Both the position numbers and the translations under genes were made by a program. From Carpediemonas membranifera BICM (taxonomy: Eukaryota; Protista; Fornicata), in assembly GCA_019828565.1 (NCBI GenBank), contig JAHDYR010000005.1:1107270-1171269 (forward strand): 64,000 bases of DNA, read 5' to 3'. Positions 8,324 to 20,094 of this stretch are shown here, in pieces (the first letter of the stretch is position 1; each line of letters opens with the position of its first letter). A model generated the notes under the pieces. The model was not told the origin of the DNA. It did no database searches and worked only from the letters and a program-made list of their open reading frames with translations.

Positions 8324-11300
8324 AACTTTTATGTAATCAACGACAAACTGTCTAGCGAGCGGCGAGGCGCAGCCGAGCTTCGCGAGCCTGAGCGCAGCGA
8401 AGCAGTTTGAGGCTATGGGGTGCGTCGGGGTCCTCCGTCGCTCCATCCAGTGAGTCGCTGGCGAGTCAACAAAACCAACAAGAACACTCTGAAGCGCTCT
8501 GCACGAGCCGATTGCTACACCAATATCAGAATTGAGTAACAATTAGTGGGAGAGGCCCAAATCCTCTGCTGCAGCATGTGCTGCGTCGCATTGCTTGATG
8601 AACGCTGCATATGTGTGCACTTGCCCTCTCATGCACGCCAAGAAAGCGTTATCAGCCATCTCGCGGACCTGCTCAGCCTTAAGACCAAGTTCATCGCGCA
8701 AATCGTCCGTCCAGCCCCCTTCCGTGCACTCTTCCAACGTCACCGTTGTGAAGCGTCACCGCGGGTATGAGCTTGACGTCCCAGTTGGAGTACTGGGCGC
8801 GCTTGCTCGTCATGGCCTGAGACACGTGGTTGCTGACGACGTTGTCAATGACGATTGCCTTCACGCCAGGTTTCGTGAGGAGGATGTCCGCCCGCGCCTT
8901 CATAGGCTTGGTCCGGTCAATGGTCCACTCACTGGCCTTGTTCAACCACACCTCGGACTGGACTCTCCAGCCATAACCCTTCAGGTCTCTCACCAGCCCG
9001 TCCTTGATAGCGTTGTGACGCTCGTCGTCCAGGCCTCCACGGAGGCATGGGCAGCACAGGGTGTGAGTAGCGTTGCACACAACGGACTGGTGGTTCACGG
9101 TGCGTGCCCTGCAGAGAGGGCAGACGTCAAATCCGGGCGTGAATGCGGGGAGGCCCAGGTGATTGCGGAAGATGGGGGCAACAGCGGCATCGGTTACCGA
9201 GCGCCCAAGAGAGGTCGGGTCGACCATCATGAACGACCGAACGACGTTGGGCGAGACGGCGGCACTCACAGAGAGCTTGGTGGCAATAGATTCCTCAACG
9301 AGGCGAACCAAGTTCTTCTGCGTGTGGTCGGCGTCAAGAGCCTTCACATCGTCCAAGCCACTAGGCCAGTTCGACGGCGTGTTGAGCTGGGGCGGGAGAC
9401 ACTTGATGGCACCCGTCACGCTGTCAGGTGAGCGTGTAACACCCAGCCCTGCCAGTTGTCTCGTGGCCGCGAGGAACGCGGGAGCCCACACGACTGATGG
9501 CATTGCCAGCGCAAGCCCGCGTCTTTCGACCGGCATACTCAGGCGGAGAGCAAAGTCGTCATCGACCTCAGCCTCGCTCGACAGGATTCGGAGGATGGCC
9601 GGGACCGCCTCTTTCTTCTCAAATCCGAGCTCAGCCTCGTAGAGACCGTTGCCGACTCCACCCGTTGCGGGGGGAACGTTACGGAAGAAGTGCTCCCACT
9701 TTGTGAGCGCACAATACTTCGCAATGATCAACGCAGGGGCAGTTGCCTCCGGCCCCTCCTTGGCCACCATCTCTCCGGCAGCGTTAAGGAGTTGCATCAC
9801 GCGACTGTTGACCTTGGCCAACTCACCCATCGCATGAGCAGCGGACCCAACCGGAACGCCCACGAGAAACATGAACGCCCTAGATAGGCATCCATAAGCG
9901 TTCGATAAGTCGAGGGAGACAACAGTCCTCCCTCCTCGTAGACCCTGGTCACGCTGTCACTCAGCCTCTCCAGGCCGCACTTCTCCCCCACCCCATACTG
10001 ATCCTTGAGGGTCCGGTCGACGTCGACCAGGCGGGCCCTCACAGCCCAGGCGAGAGCCTTCGCCGCAACCCGCCGAAGCGAGTCCCCGATGGCCACTCCT
10101 CGGATCTTCCCAGCCCCCTTGGGGACCGGGACAATGATGCAGTGGCTCAATACCGCGGTGTAGGTCTCGCCGTTCAGGATGTCCTGTACGATCGGCATCA
10201 ATGCGGCGATGAGGTCATGTCTGGCCACCTTCGCTGCTATTCTGATATGGAGGAAGGACAAGCCCGACGGCCCTGGGGCCGCCTCGGCCTTTAGAGCGTG
10301 TAGTACAGTCTTGAGGGTCCTAGCGGACACCTCAACTGACTGCAGTGGCTCTGCGGGGACGTCCTTAAACGGAACATCTGGGCGCAGGCCACTGTAATCC
10401 TCCTGCAGTCTCTTCAGCTCTACATCCACCTCCTGTGGTGACAGGCCCGCATCCTCAGCTACCAGCGCAGTGGCTGCCTTGGACACGAACCCGTGGCGAA
10501 CCAGTCGCATCACCTTACGCCACTTGGACGGGCGGCGCTTGGGGCCTTTCGATGCAACCGGCGGTGCGTACAGCGCCTTCGGGTACTCGAGTACCGTCCT
10601 CAGGGCCGCGCGCTTCTCGTCCTCGCTCTCCACGAGGGCCACCCGCTTGAGCTTCTCGATCAGGCCTCTGGCGAATTTCTCGCGTCCCCTCTTGGGGGAG
10701 CGATCTTGCCAAGGAAGAGAGCCTGTCCCGGTGGTAGGAACACGTCGGGTCGATGGGCTGGGTGAGCGGGAGGGGCAGTCGGGGGGCTTGCGGTGAAGCC
10801 CACCGCGGTGACGTGCGCTGCTGCGCTCGGCTGCGATGACAGCTGGCTACCAGGGGCGTGGACCTCTTCGACAGATGGAAGGAGACTGGCAGGGTCGTTG
10901 TTGCCCATCACGTTTCTCCTGATCTCTCGGAAGAATTCGGCCGCCACCGACGGAGCTGTTTTGGCAGAACGCAGCGGTGTTGCTTTGGGAGTACTGCTAA
11001 GAGTAACACCCGCCGCGTCTAAGAGCCGCTTGAAGGAATCTACGATGTCCTTCAGTGCTCTCACCGTCAAACGCACAATCTTCTTGTTGTTCACGTCCTT
11101 CATCAGCTCGACGATGGCCGCTTCGGAGCACAGCGTATCAAACACTGTCTCTACATTGCACCAACGTGCGTCAATGAACTCAGCATTGACGAATTTCGCG
11201 TAGTCGGTACGAACAGTCTGCAGCAGAAGCTGTACGTCCCGAGCAAGCGCGTTTTCGCGCCAATCGGACGTTATGGAAACTCTCATCGCCATCTGGCCTC

Positions 11301-11342
11301 CAGGATCAGCCTGGGGCGCAGAAAATGACGACATTTCCATTT
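8324..11342 (-). mobile_element. CRE-like family A copy 2, ~415-bp deletion removing the RT core
   Basis: Junction at 9866 skips the sequence equivalent to 23497-23911 (QGDPLSP and YQDD lost). Confidence 0.9.
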
Positions 11343-13404
11343 CGGGAGGGAGCACAGTTTATTGCCTTTTGGACGAACTGTATTGCGAGCGGCGAGGCGC
11401 AGCCGAGCTTCGCGAGCCTGAGCGCAGCGAAGACGTCACTCTAGTGGTCAGTATGTCGGGTTTGAGGCACTGCTCGCTCCGAAATCTCCCTTTCGACTCT
11501 CCACTCAGTCACAACGAACGCGAACGCGAATAACGCGCAGATCACGCTCAAAGTACAGAAACAACATCAGTATTAGTGGTTGAGGCCATTAGCCTCAGCT
11601 TGACGGTGCGCAGCATCCGCCTGGCGCATGAACGCATGGAACACATGAACTTGCTGCCGCATACAGGCCATCATGACCGCGTCGGCAATCTGCCCAACAG
11701 TTTCGGCATCAAGGCCCAAAACGTCGCGCATCTCATCGGTCCATCCTCTCCCATGCACAGCACCAACACCACCACTCTGGCGAACGACCACGGGAATAAC
11801 CCGGACGTTCCAGTTGGCGTACTGCTCCTTCTTGCTCCGCATAGATGCAGACGCGTGATTGCTCACCACTACGTCAAGCACAACGGGTTCGGTATGGCCC
11901 GGTCTGGTCAAGAGGAGGTCCGCCCGCGCCTTGACCCGTTTGGTCCGGTCCACAGTCCACTCGCTGCCCCGTCCGAGCCAATGCTCAACTCTTACGCGCC
12001 AGGGGTGCCCGCGCAGCAGTTTGGCGAGCGTGTCGCGAATTTGGTCGTGCCGCTCCGATCCCAGCCCCTCCCTCAGGAAGGGACAGGTAAGAGAATGCTC
12101 GGCTGAGCAGGGGACAGACCGGTGGTTAACACTACGGGCCAGGCATAGCGGACAGACGTCGTGGCCTGTCTCAAAGGCAGGAAGGCCGACATGGTTGCGA
12201 AGCATCGGTGCAGCACCCTCGTCACAGGGGTTACGACCCATAGCGGCTGGATCAGCCGCGAGTAGAGACCTGATCACGTTTGGCGAGTCGACTGAAACAG
12301 TCAGTTGGCTGGAAATGTTATCCTGCAGGAGGCGTACCAACTTCTTCTGCGTGCTCTCGAGTGAGAGCTTTCTGACATCGCCATATGATGTCGGCCAATC
12401 CTTGGGCGTCGCGGCGAGAGCCGGGATGCATGGCAGTGCGTCTTGGATGAGAGCCTCGGGCCTTTCGACCTTCAGCTCTATGAGTTGTCGTGCGGCACCC
12501 AGATAGGCTGGGGCCCACACAACAGAGGGCATGGCCAATCCGAGCCCGCCTTGACTGACCGGCAGACAGAGCCTTGCGGCGAAGTCCTTATCAGTCTCTG
12601 CGCTGGACTGGAGCAGCTTCAGGATGGCGGGGACCACCTTCTGCTGTTCGAAGTCCAGTTGCGACTCGAACATGTCACCCCCGCCCGGCGAAACATTGCG
12701 GAAGAAGTGCTCCCACTTGGTGAGGGCACACAGTTTCGTCACTAGGAGGGCAGGGGCGACGGCTTCCGCGCCAATGTCAGAGACCATCGATGCAGCAGCG
12801 TCAAGCAGCTCCATAACCTTGCGGTTAGCAGAGCCTAGCTCCCGCATGATGTGCGTGGCGGAGCCGATTGGAACACCAACCAGCTTGGTATCGCGTCTCC
12901 GTGGGACGCCACCAGTTGTGTTGCCGTCAACGACATCCTTATGGGCTAGCACGCACTTGGCACGGTTGAGGCGGAGGCCAACCTCGTTGAACTTCTGAGC
13001 GGCGAGTTCTGTGAGATTGTTGGCCTCACGGCCGACCCCAGGCGACTGTAGCGGGCGGGTAGTGGTGGCTACAATGTCATCCTGGTAGGCACGGATGCAC
13101 CACCCAGGGAAAGCCTCGCGCAAGACGTCCAGAATGGGCTTAACGCCTAAGCTGAAAAGAATTGGCGAGAGCGGGTCCCCTTGGTGAATGCCTTCAGCCG
13201 ACCTCATGGTGATGCCGGAGGTAGAGAAAAGTAAGCCCCGTCGGTACATGGTCGACAGGTATGGGATGAGCGCCGGCATGTAGGCCGCCACCACCTTCAT
13301 GGCGAAGGCCCTCGACAAGCATCCATAGGCGTTGGAAAGGTCGAGCACTGTACCGCCACTTCGGTAGACTGCACTCACCTCCTCTCCCATTTTTTTTCCG
13401 CACC

Positions 13405-14905
13405 ATGGGCAAAAGTAGTTCTGGCTACAGAGGCCCAATCTTAGTGAAAGACACTGGTCCGCAACCACAAAGTACCACTGCTGCTCAAAGCAGTATCGCC
13501 GACCAACGCTTCCTGACGAGGAAGCACCTCAAATATGTTTCATCCGCCCCTCCTGTCCTCAAAAGACAACTACTAGCAGGCATTGCCTTTATTGGGGACC
13601 CCGTAATCATCCATCCCTTCAAAACTGAGCTTGCAACACACTCATCGACGGGCAATTTCGTCTCGGTGGCAATCCCAAACCTAAAACGGGACAACGCCCG
13701 CTATAAGCGGGCTAAGGATGCCTGTAATGACCTACTCCAAGATGCTGAGCACCTTGCAGCTGCATTTGGGCTCTCCATCCGGGAAGGTATCCTCAAACTC
13801 TTTCCCCTCATTGCCTATGATCTTGTCCACACGGTTGGAACGCTTAAGGCTGCCCTAATCCACTGCAGGTTCACGGGACTCCCCCCAGCTAGCAGCATGG
13901 ACTGGAGCAAGTTCGCAGATTTCATCTCCGCCAGATGCCCTACAGTGTTAGACCAACGGAACGATCCTTGGCCTCCAACCATATCCACTGTCCCGAACTC
14001 TCCGAGCCTGACATGGCAGGCAGTCGGTCAAAGAGAGCCTCTTGGTCCCCGCATCGCTCACTCCGGCCGGCCCGGCCCCATTGTATCTCCGGATGGTCTC
14101 AACCTCACGCCGTTCATGGGCCTCGAGGTAATCCACTTACTGTATGGCGCCTCTCCCGTGTTGGGAGGACATGCGATGACTGAGCTTTATGCCGAATGGG
14201 GTGGAGCCACAGCGGCCGACCTTCAGTCTTCCTTATCGAATACCTTATCAGACAGCCTTATCTCTCCCATTCGCCGGAAGGCCTATCCAGTCGATGACTC
14301 TACTATATCCATAAGTTCCTGTTCAAACTCTGATGTTGAGCTCGCAAGCCCGATCCCTGTTAGCGTGGAAGAGGTTGCGCGGCAGATTCGGAAAGAAATA
14401 TCGTCTTGCGAAGAGAACAGCATTTATCCATCATCCCCGATCGTAGCTGAGGAGCCTAACGCCCGTTGGGGCCCTCTCATGAGCATCCCAGTTCACGCCG
14501 ACGGCAACTGTGGCCTTCACTCACTTGCTGTCTCTCTGGGTATGACGGGCCTGACGAGACGAGAAGCCGTGTCGAAACTTGCCTCCGCCATCCAGAATGG
14601 TACAGTGGATCTTAACTCCTCGTGGAGATCCACGGTGCGCACTTTAACCACACACACCACCGCTAGCGACATTGGTAGTGCCTTCCTATCCACCACAGAC
14701 CTCCGCAATATTGCATCGCTCTTTGGAAAAAAATGTGCTTATTGCTCATCGATATGATGCCAACACAGTCTCAGTAACCATCCCAGCATTATCCGAGTTC
14801 TCTACACTTCCTCTCAATATTGACGCGCTCAAAACGATGCTCAAAACCGATTACATCCTCATTAGACTGAGTGCTCTGCACTTCACGCCTCTTTTCCGTC
14901 TGTGA
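13405..14905 (+). CDS. LINE ORF1 / N-terminal region with C-terminal OTU-like cysteine protease (frameshift at A7 run ~14730)
   Basis: PVHADGNCGLHSLA (Cys box, ~14490) and, after the frameshift, ILIRLSALHF (His box, ~14880). Confidence 0.7.
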
Positions 14906-17900
14906 GGAGCGCAGAAGCAAGGCGCCTGCAATATGCTGAATATCGTCCAAGAAGAGCCCCCTCTAGTGTGGCTCGCAACAACATCGCCGCTGAAGGCCTC
15001 GATAGCGCCCCCTCTAGTGTGGCCCGCAACAACATCGCCGCTGAAGGCCTCGATAGCGCCCCCTCTAGTGTGGCCCGCAACAACATCGCCGCTGGAGGCC
15101 TCGATAGCGCCCCCTCTAGTGTGGCCCGCAACAACATCGCCGCTGGAGGCCTCGATAGCGCCCCCTCTAGTGTGGCCCGCAACAACATCGCCGCTGAAGG
15201 CCTCGATAGCGCCCCCTCTAGTGTGGCCCGCAACAACATCGCCGCTGAAGGCCTCGATAGCGCCCCCTCTAGTGTGGCCCGCAACAACCGTGATGGCGTC
15301 CATGGCGCTCTCATAGGCTTGTCTGGCAAGAGAGAGGGTCCTGTTTCTCATATCCTAGTGGTCGACTTTGAAGGACTAGGAACTGCCGTAGACCGCAGAG
15401 CCACCAAACAGAGTCGCGTCTCATATCCCGTAGAGGCCGGCGCCACACTCCTAGCCCGCGTCAAGGATCCTGAAACGGGGATAATGATGTGGGACGTCGC
15501 AGGGGTCCACTGGGGCGGCTTAGAAGTTGATATCCCAGCGCAGTTAATGCAGACAGCTTTATACCAAGCGGCAGTTGTTCATGGGTGTCCTCCCATGAGC
15601 TTCAGAGTACACCCCGACCACCCCGGGATCTCATTCCCCAGCCCGACCGACTGGCTTCACCACCTCACGGTCATAGTGAGCTCCCTCCCGAACTGCATCA
15701 TGGTCGCCAAAGACCCGAGACTTGAGAACTCCGTCCTAGAGTCATGGGTCTCGGAAAGCGATGCCCCCTTCCTTGACAAGGTCTATGACATAAGTGATCT
15801 AGAGTCCATAGACAAAAGATCCTTTGGGCATATCCATGACTACTGCCGTTCACCCGAGTTCTCTGAGGCGATGTCGATAGCCCAATGTCTCACAATGGTG
15901 AAGTGCCCCTGCCCGTACCACATTGGAACAGATCCAGGCTACCATTGTGCTCTCAGTGACACTGTAGCTTTCGCGGCGGTACTGCACACAGTCTCATGTC
16001 TCGACCGAACATCTAGGGGAGCTATCACATCCACGTACTCTGAAATCACTGATGCATGGAGGAAAGACTTGGATGTCCTCATCGGCAACTGGTCCTCTCT
16101 CCTGCCCGACCTGGCCGTGCTACTACTCCAAGACCTCCACCTGCCAACGCTTGAGGAGCTGCACCACATCCTCAAGGAGTACGTAATAGCACCTAAGGGT
16201 GGCTGCTCCTTCCCCACAGGTGATAGGGCCAGACAGGCTATGACGTGCCGTCAATTTATTGCAGTGCGGAGCCCAGCTCGGCGAGGGTGGGAATGGTTTG
16301 ATCCTCTTGCCAAGATGATAGCGGTGGCGGATGCGGCAGGCATAGTCCCTCCAAACAGCCTAGAACAGCCATTCATCAGGATAGCGACGGTGAATAACGA
16401 CAGCTCCTTCAGCAATCAGTTGACGGCTCAGCAAGTTTACTGGGAGTGCCCTCCTCACCGAGACCTACCGCAATCTGCTGCAGAGCTTCTGGCTCTCAAC
16501 GTTCCTCCCTCGGCAGACAACTCCAAAGGAGTAGTCAAGAGGTCCTACAGAGCGCCGGATCATTGGTTTCTAGTCCCGAGAATCCCCAACAAGCCAGTGC
16601 GAGGGCTCCGCAAAGTCAGACTGAGAGGGCCCATGACTCGAGGAGACATGGATGCCCTCATACAGAAGGCAGAAACAGCATGGGTCAGCGAAGCGTGGGA
16701 CCTTTCTCCGGTGTTCAAAGCTCTCCAGAGTGCCCGAGCTCACGACGGTAACTGGAGTAAGGTTGAGCCACCGGCTTCTTCCACGCCAGCTCCAAGCTTA
16801 GCCACGCGAGTCTCGCCTGCGACCTTCAGGAATCAGAGAGGGCGAAGTCAAGCAGGTAGACGACCAGTAAATGGTCACCTCTACTCGTGGAATTGCACAT
16901 CACTCAACATCACCAAGATGACTCTTGCTCTAGTACAAGACGTGGACATCATGGCCATTCAGGAGCTATGGTGGTGGGCCCAGTCCCCGGAGCTGCCCAC
17001 AACGAATGACAAGGTCCTGCTATACCACGGAGTGATCAAGTCAGAGTCCGAGACAAAGCATCTAGGCGTAGGCATCATGCTGAGGAAGGAATTAGCTGAG
17101 CTCTGCACATACGTCGAGAACCAACCCCACTCTCCAAGGTTGATTCAAGCTGACCTAGGCTGCGTGTTTGTAACAGCTGGCAAACTGAAGGTCCGTGTCA
17201 TGTCCATCTATAGTCCATGCACGGGAGCACAAGCCAAGAAAGAGTTCCACACTCTACTGTCCTCCGAGGTGAAGAAAGCTATTGAGCAAGGGCTCCAAGT
17301 TCTTGTCATGGGAGACTTCAACACGAACCTACTAGATCCATCGACGCTGTGGGCTACCACCCTAAAGGAGTGTGGCTTGAGACTGGTAGTGCCCGACGGC
17401 CCGACCTTCATGGACAGAGTAATTGATGGCATCGCAGCAACACCTAAGCTGGCTGATCTCATCAAGAAGCCGCTCACAGTATCCCTTGAACCCAAAGGAC
17501 ACAGAGCGGTTGTAGCAAGATCAGGCATAACGGGTTACTTTCGCACGAGGAGCAAGGCAACAGCAGTCCTCAACGAAAGACATGTGGCTAACGTACTTGA
17601 ATGCAGCAAGGATCATCGAAAGGCGAGGACTCTCCTGAGGAACATCAGCCACCTTGATGTCGACCAAGCCTTTCAAAGCCTGACGTCGACTATCAACCGA
17701 TGGGCGTTGGTGGACACTGCGGCCTCACATGAAGTGAGAGAAGTCGAGAGAGCAGAAGACTACGACCACTGGTTTGTCGCCGGAGAGCAGATCGGTATTT
17801 CCCCTGAACGGCTCTATGAGCTCATCATTGAGGATCATCGCCACCAACATCAGCTCAAGGAGAGGACGAGCAGAGGCCCCAAAGCTCTCGTGTGCTCTGA

Positions 17901-20094
17901 GCTATCATCAGCAATGCTATCAGTAGCGTTAGCATCCTCGGAGAGCCACGCCCACTCAACACTCAAAGCCTACCATGCCCGAGCCAAGCGAGTCTCTGAG
18001 AGCATGGATGTCATGTCCCCTGAATTCTTTAGATACGTCCATTGGAAGCTTTTTGAAGGGGCAGGCCAGAGTGTCTGGTCTTCGCAGAGACCTGGAAGGC
18101 TTACTCAGAGGACCCGGCCTTCCTGCTACCACCACAGTAGGAGGCAGAGTGATCACCAACCGAGAAGAAGTAGCCAAGGCCTTCGAGGAGTGGTATGCGT
18201 CAGTATCATATGTGGCAGGAGCAGTAGAACCATCCATCTCTCGCCCCCGATATAGAGCTCGAAATCACGGACACTCTCCTGGAAGGGGCTCTCAAATCTG
18301 CCAAGAATAGATCAGCCCCAGGCAGTGATGGACTAACCCCGGCAATTTTCAAATATTGCCCAGTCCTCAAGGAGGCGCTCAAGACTCTGCTACAGAAGTG
18401 CATTGACCAACTCAAGACCCCAGCAGAGTGGCATACCGCCGTGGTAATTCCATTGAAAAAGCCCGGCTCTACTAGCGATGCTCCTGTGGCGTTCAGACCT
18501 ATCTCCCTACTTTCCACAGCCCACAAGGTGCTCGGCACAATGATGATCCGCACGATTGACCGAGACAACCCTCTTCCCCCTGAACAATACGGTGCAAGGC
18601 CGGGTGTTTCATCGGTTGATGCACTATGGGCTATTGAGCACGCGAGACGTGGGTTCAAAGCGACCCACATTGGGACTCTGGACGTGGCTAAGGCCTTTGA
18701 CCGTGTCCCGAGGAGAGATGCATTGGACTCGTTGAGGGGGAACAGAAGGGCCATTGAGATGTTGAAGGAGATGCATTTGCACACAAGGATCTCTATGCGA
18801 GGTAGCAGCACTAGCGCCGCTACCAACACAGGAGTACGGCAAGGATGCACCACTGCTCCCTTCATCTTCACAAGATACCTTGCGGAAGTCCCTCACATCA
18901 TTGCAAGCTTAACCGCTCTAGGGAAGGGAAGCAATTGAGAAGCTTCCTCCCGACATAGAGACCCTGAGACGAGTGGCAGCAAGGCCGTGCGTTCCCTGGA
19001 TTGTCACAGTCCTGTTCGTTGATGACATTACAATAGTAGCTCCCTCCCTTAAGTGGTTGGAGGCAGCACTTACGGCGGCATGGACATGCATGCTAGCGCT
19101 ATCCTTGGAGCCCAACGATAAGACCACCTATGTCTCAGAGGACGACACCCCCTCCCTCACCATCCATGGCAATCCAGTCATTAAGAGAGACGCGGTCAAG
19201 CTCCTAGGGGTCCTCTTCGATACGTCCCGAGACTTCTCCACCCAGAATAGGACTATGGGCGAAAGGATAGACAGAGAGCTACGACTACTGAGAGCTAGCG
19301 GCGTGATGCACTCCAAGTTCTGTCCTCGCATTGTAGAGGTCTACACCCTCCCCAAGCTGCTGTACGGGTGGAGCGTCTGGGCTAATCATAAGGCTGTCTC
19401 CCAGGTAGGCAAGCTTGCATCGGCAGCCCTAAGGATCAGCCCAACTGCATCGGAGGCGAAGTACCTGGAGCTAGGCTGGCTGCATCCAGAGGCAATGCTC
19501 CTGCTGGACAGATTCAAGCAAGGGGTGAGATGGGCGAGAATCCATCCGGGCAAGGATCTCCCAGACTGCATTGCTGAGGCACAAGGCAGCCTTGGCCTGT
19601 CCCACTCCGACAGCCTTGACCTAGCAGCCTGTCGAGCAGCCCAGCTCTCTCACGACATAATCTGCCGTGGTAACAAAGTGGCTGTCAGGAGATACGTCAC
19701 GGAGTCGGCACTCACCCGCCCTTTTACCCGCTCTAACTACCCGGCCAGGCAGCCATACCTCGACCATCTAACGGCTGGGCTAGCGAAGCGCCTCGCGATG
19801 CTACGGCTATCGTGTCTACCAATGCCAACGAGAGGGGCTCTTCCTGACGCGTGGCAGCCGGTCAGGGGAATCCTACAGGACCTGAAGGATGAACCGGAAG
19901 CCGCCGCAGCTCTTGAGGCATGTCCTCTCTGTCAGGGTGAGGCCATCGCCGCGGCTGTGATTGAGATCCTGACGTCCCCTACCAAGACCTTAGCAGTGCT
20001 GAGATCCAGGACGTGGGTTGTCCTGAACCAGACCCACTTGGCTAAGTGCGACCACTTCAAGATTAACCCCATCCTCCTTTTCAAGGACCCCTGA
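14902..20094 (+). CDS. LINE ORF2: Maelstrom-like DEDDh domain + AP endonuclease + reverse transcriptase (several frameshifts)
   Basis: MAEL-like: VVDFE, YPVE, VHG, VAK..LE, CPYH...HCALSD (15349-15990). APE: SWNC, AIQE, GVGI, IYSP, MGDFN, PTF, ID. RT: SAPGSDG, FRPISLL, QYG, LDVAKAFD, GVRQG, FVDD, KLLGV. Confidence 0.85.
14956..15288 (+). repeat. 51-bp coding tandem repeat, 6.5 copies (APSSVARNNIAA[E/G]GLDS)
   Basis: Near-identical units, no spacers, in frame with ORF2. Confidence 0.95.

Noticed and set aside
14956-15288. CRISPR array
   Set aside because: Contiguous 51-bp units with no unique spacers, in frame in a protein; no cas genes; eukaryotic context.
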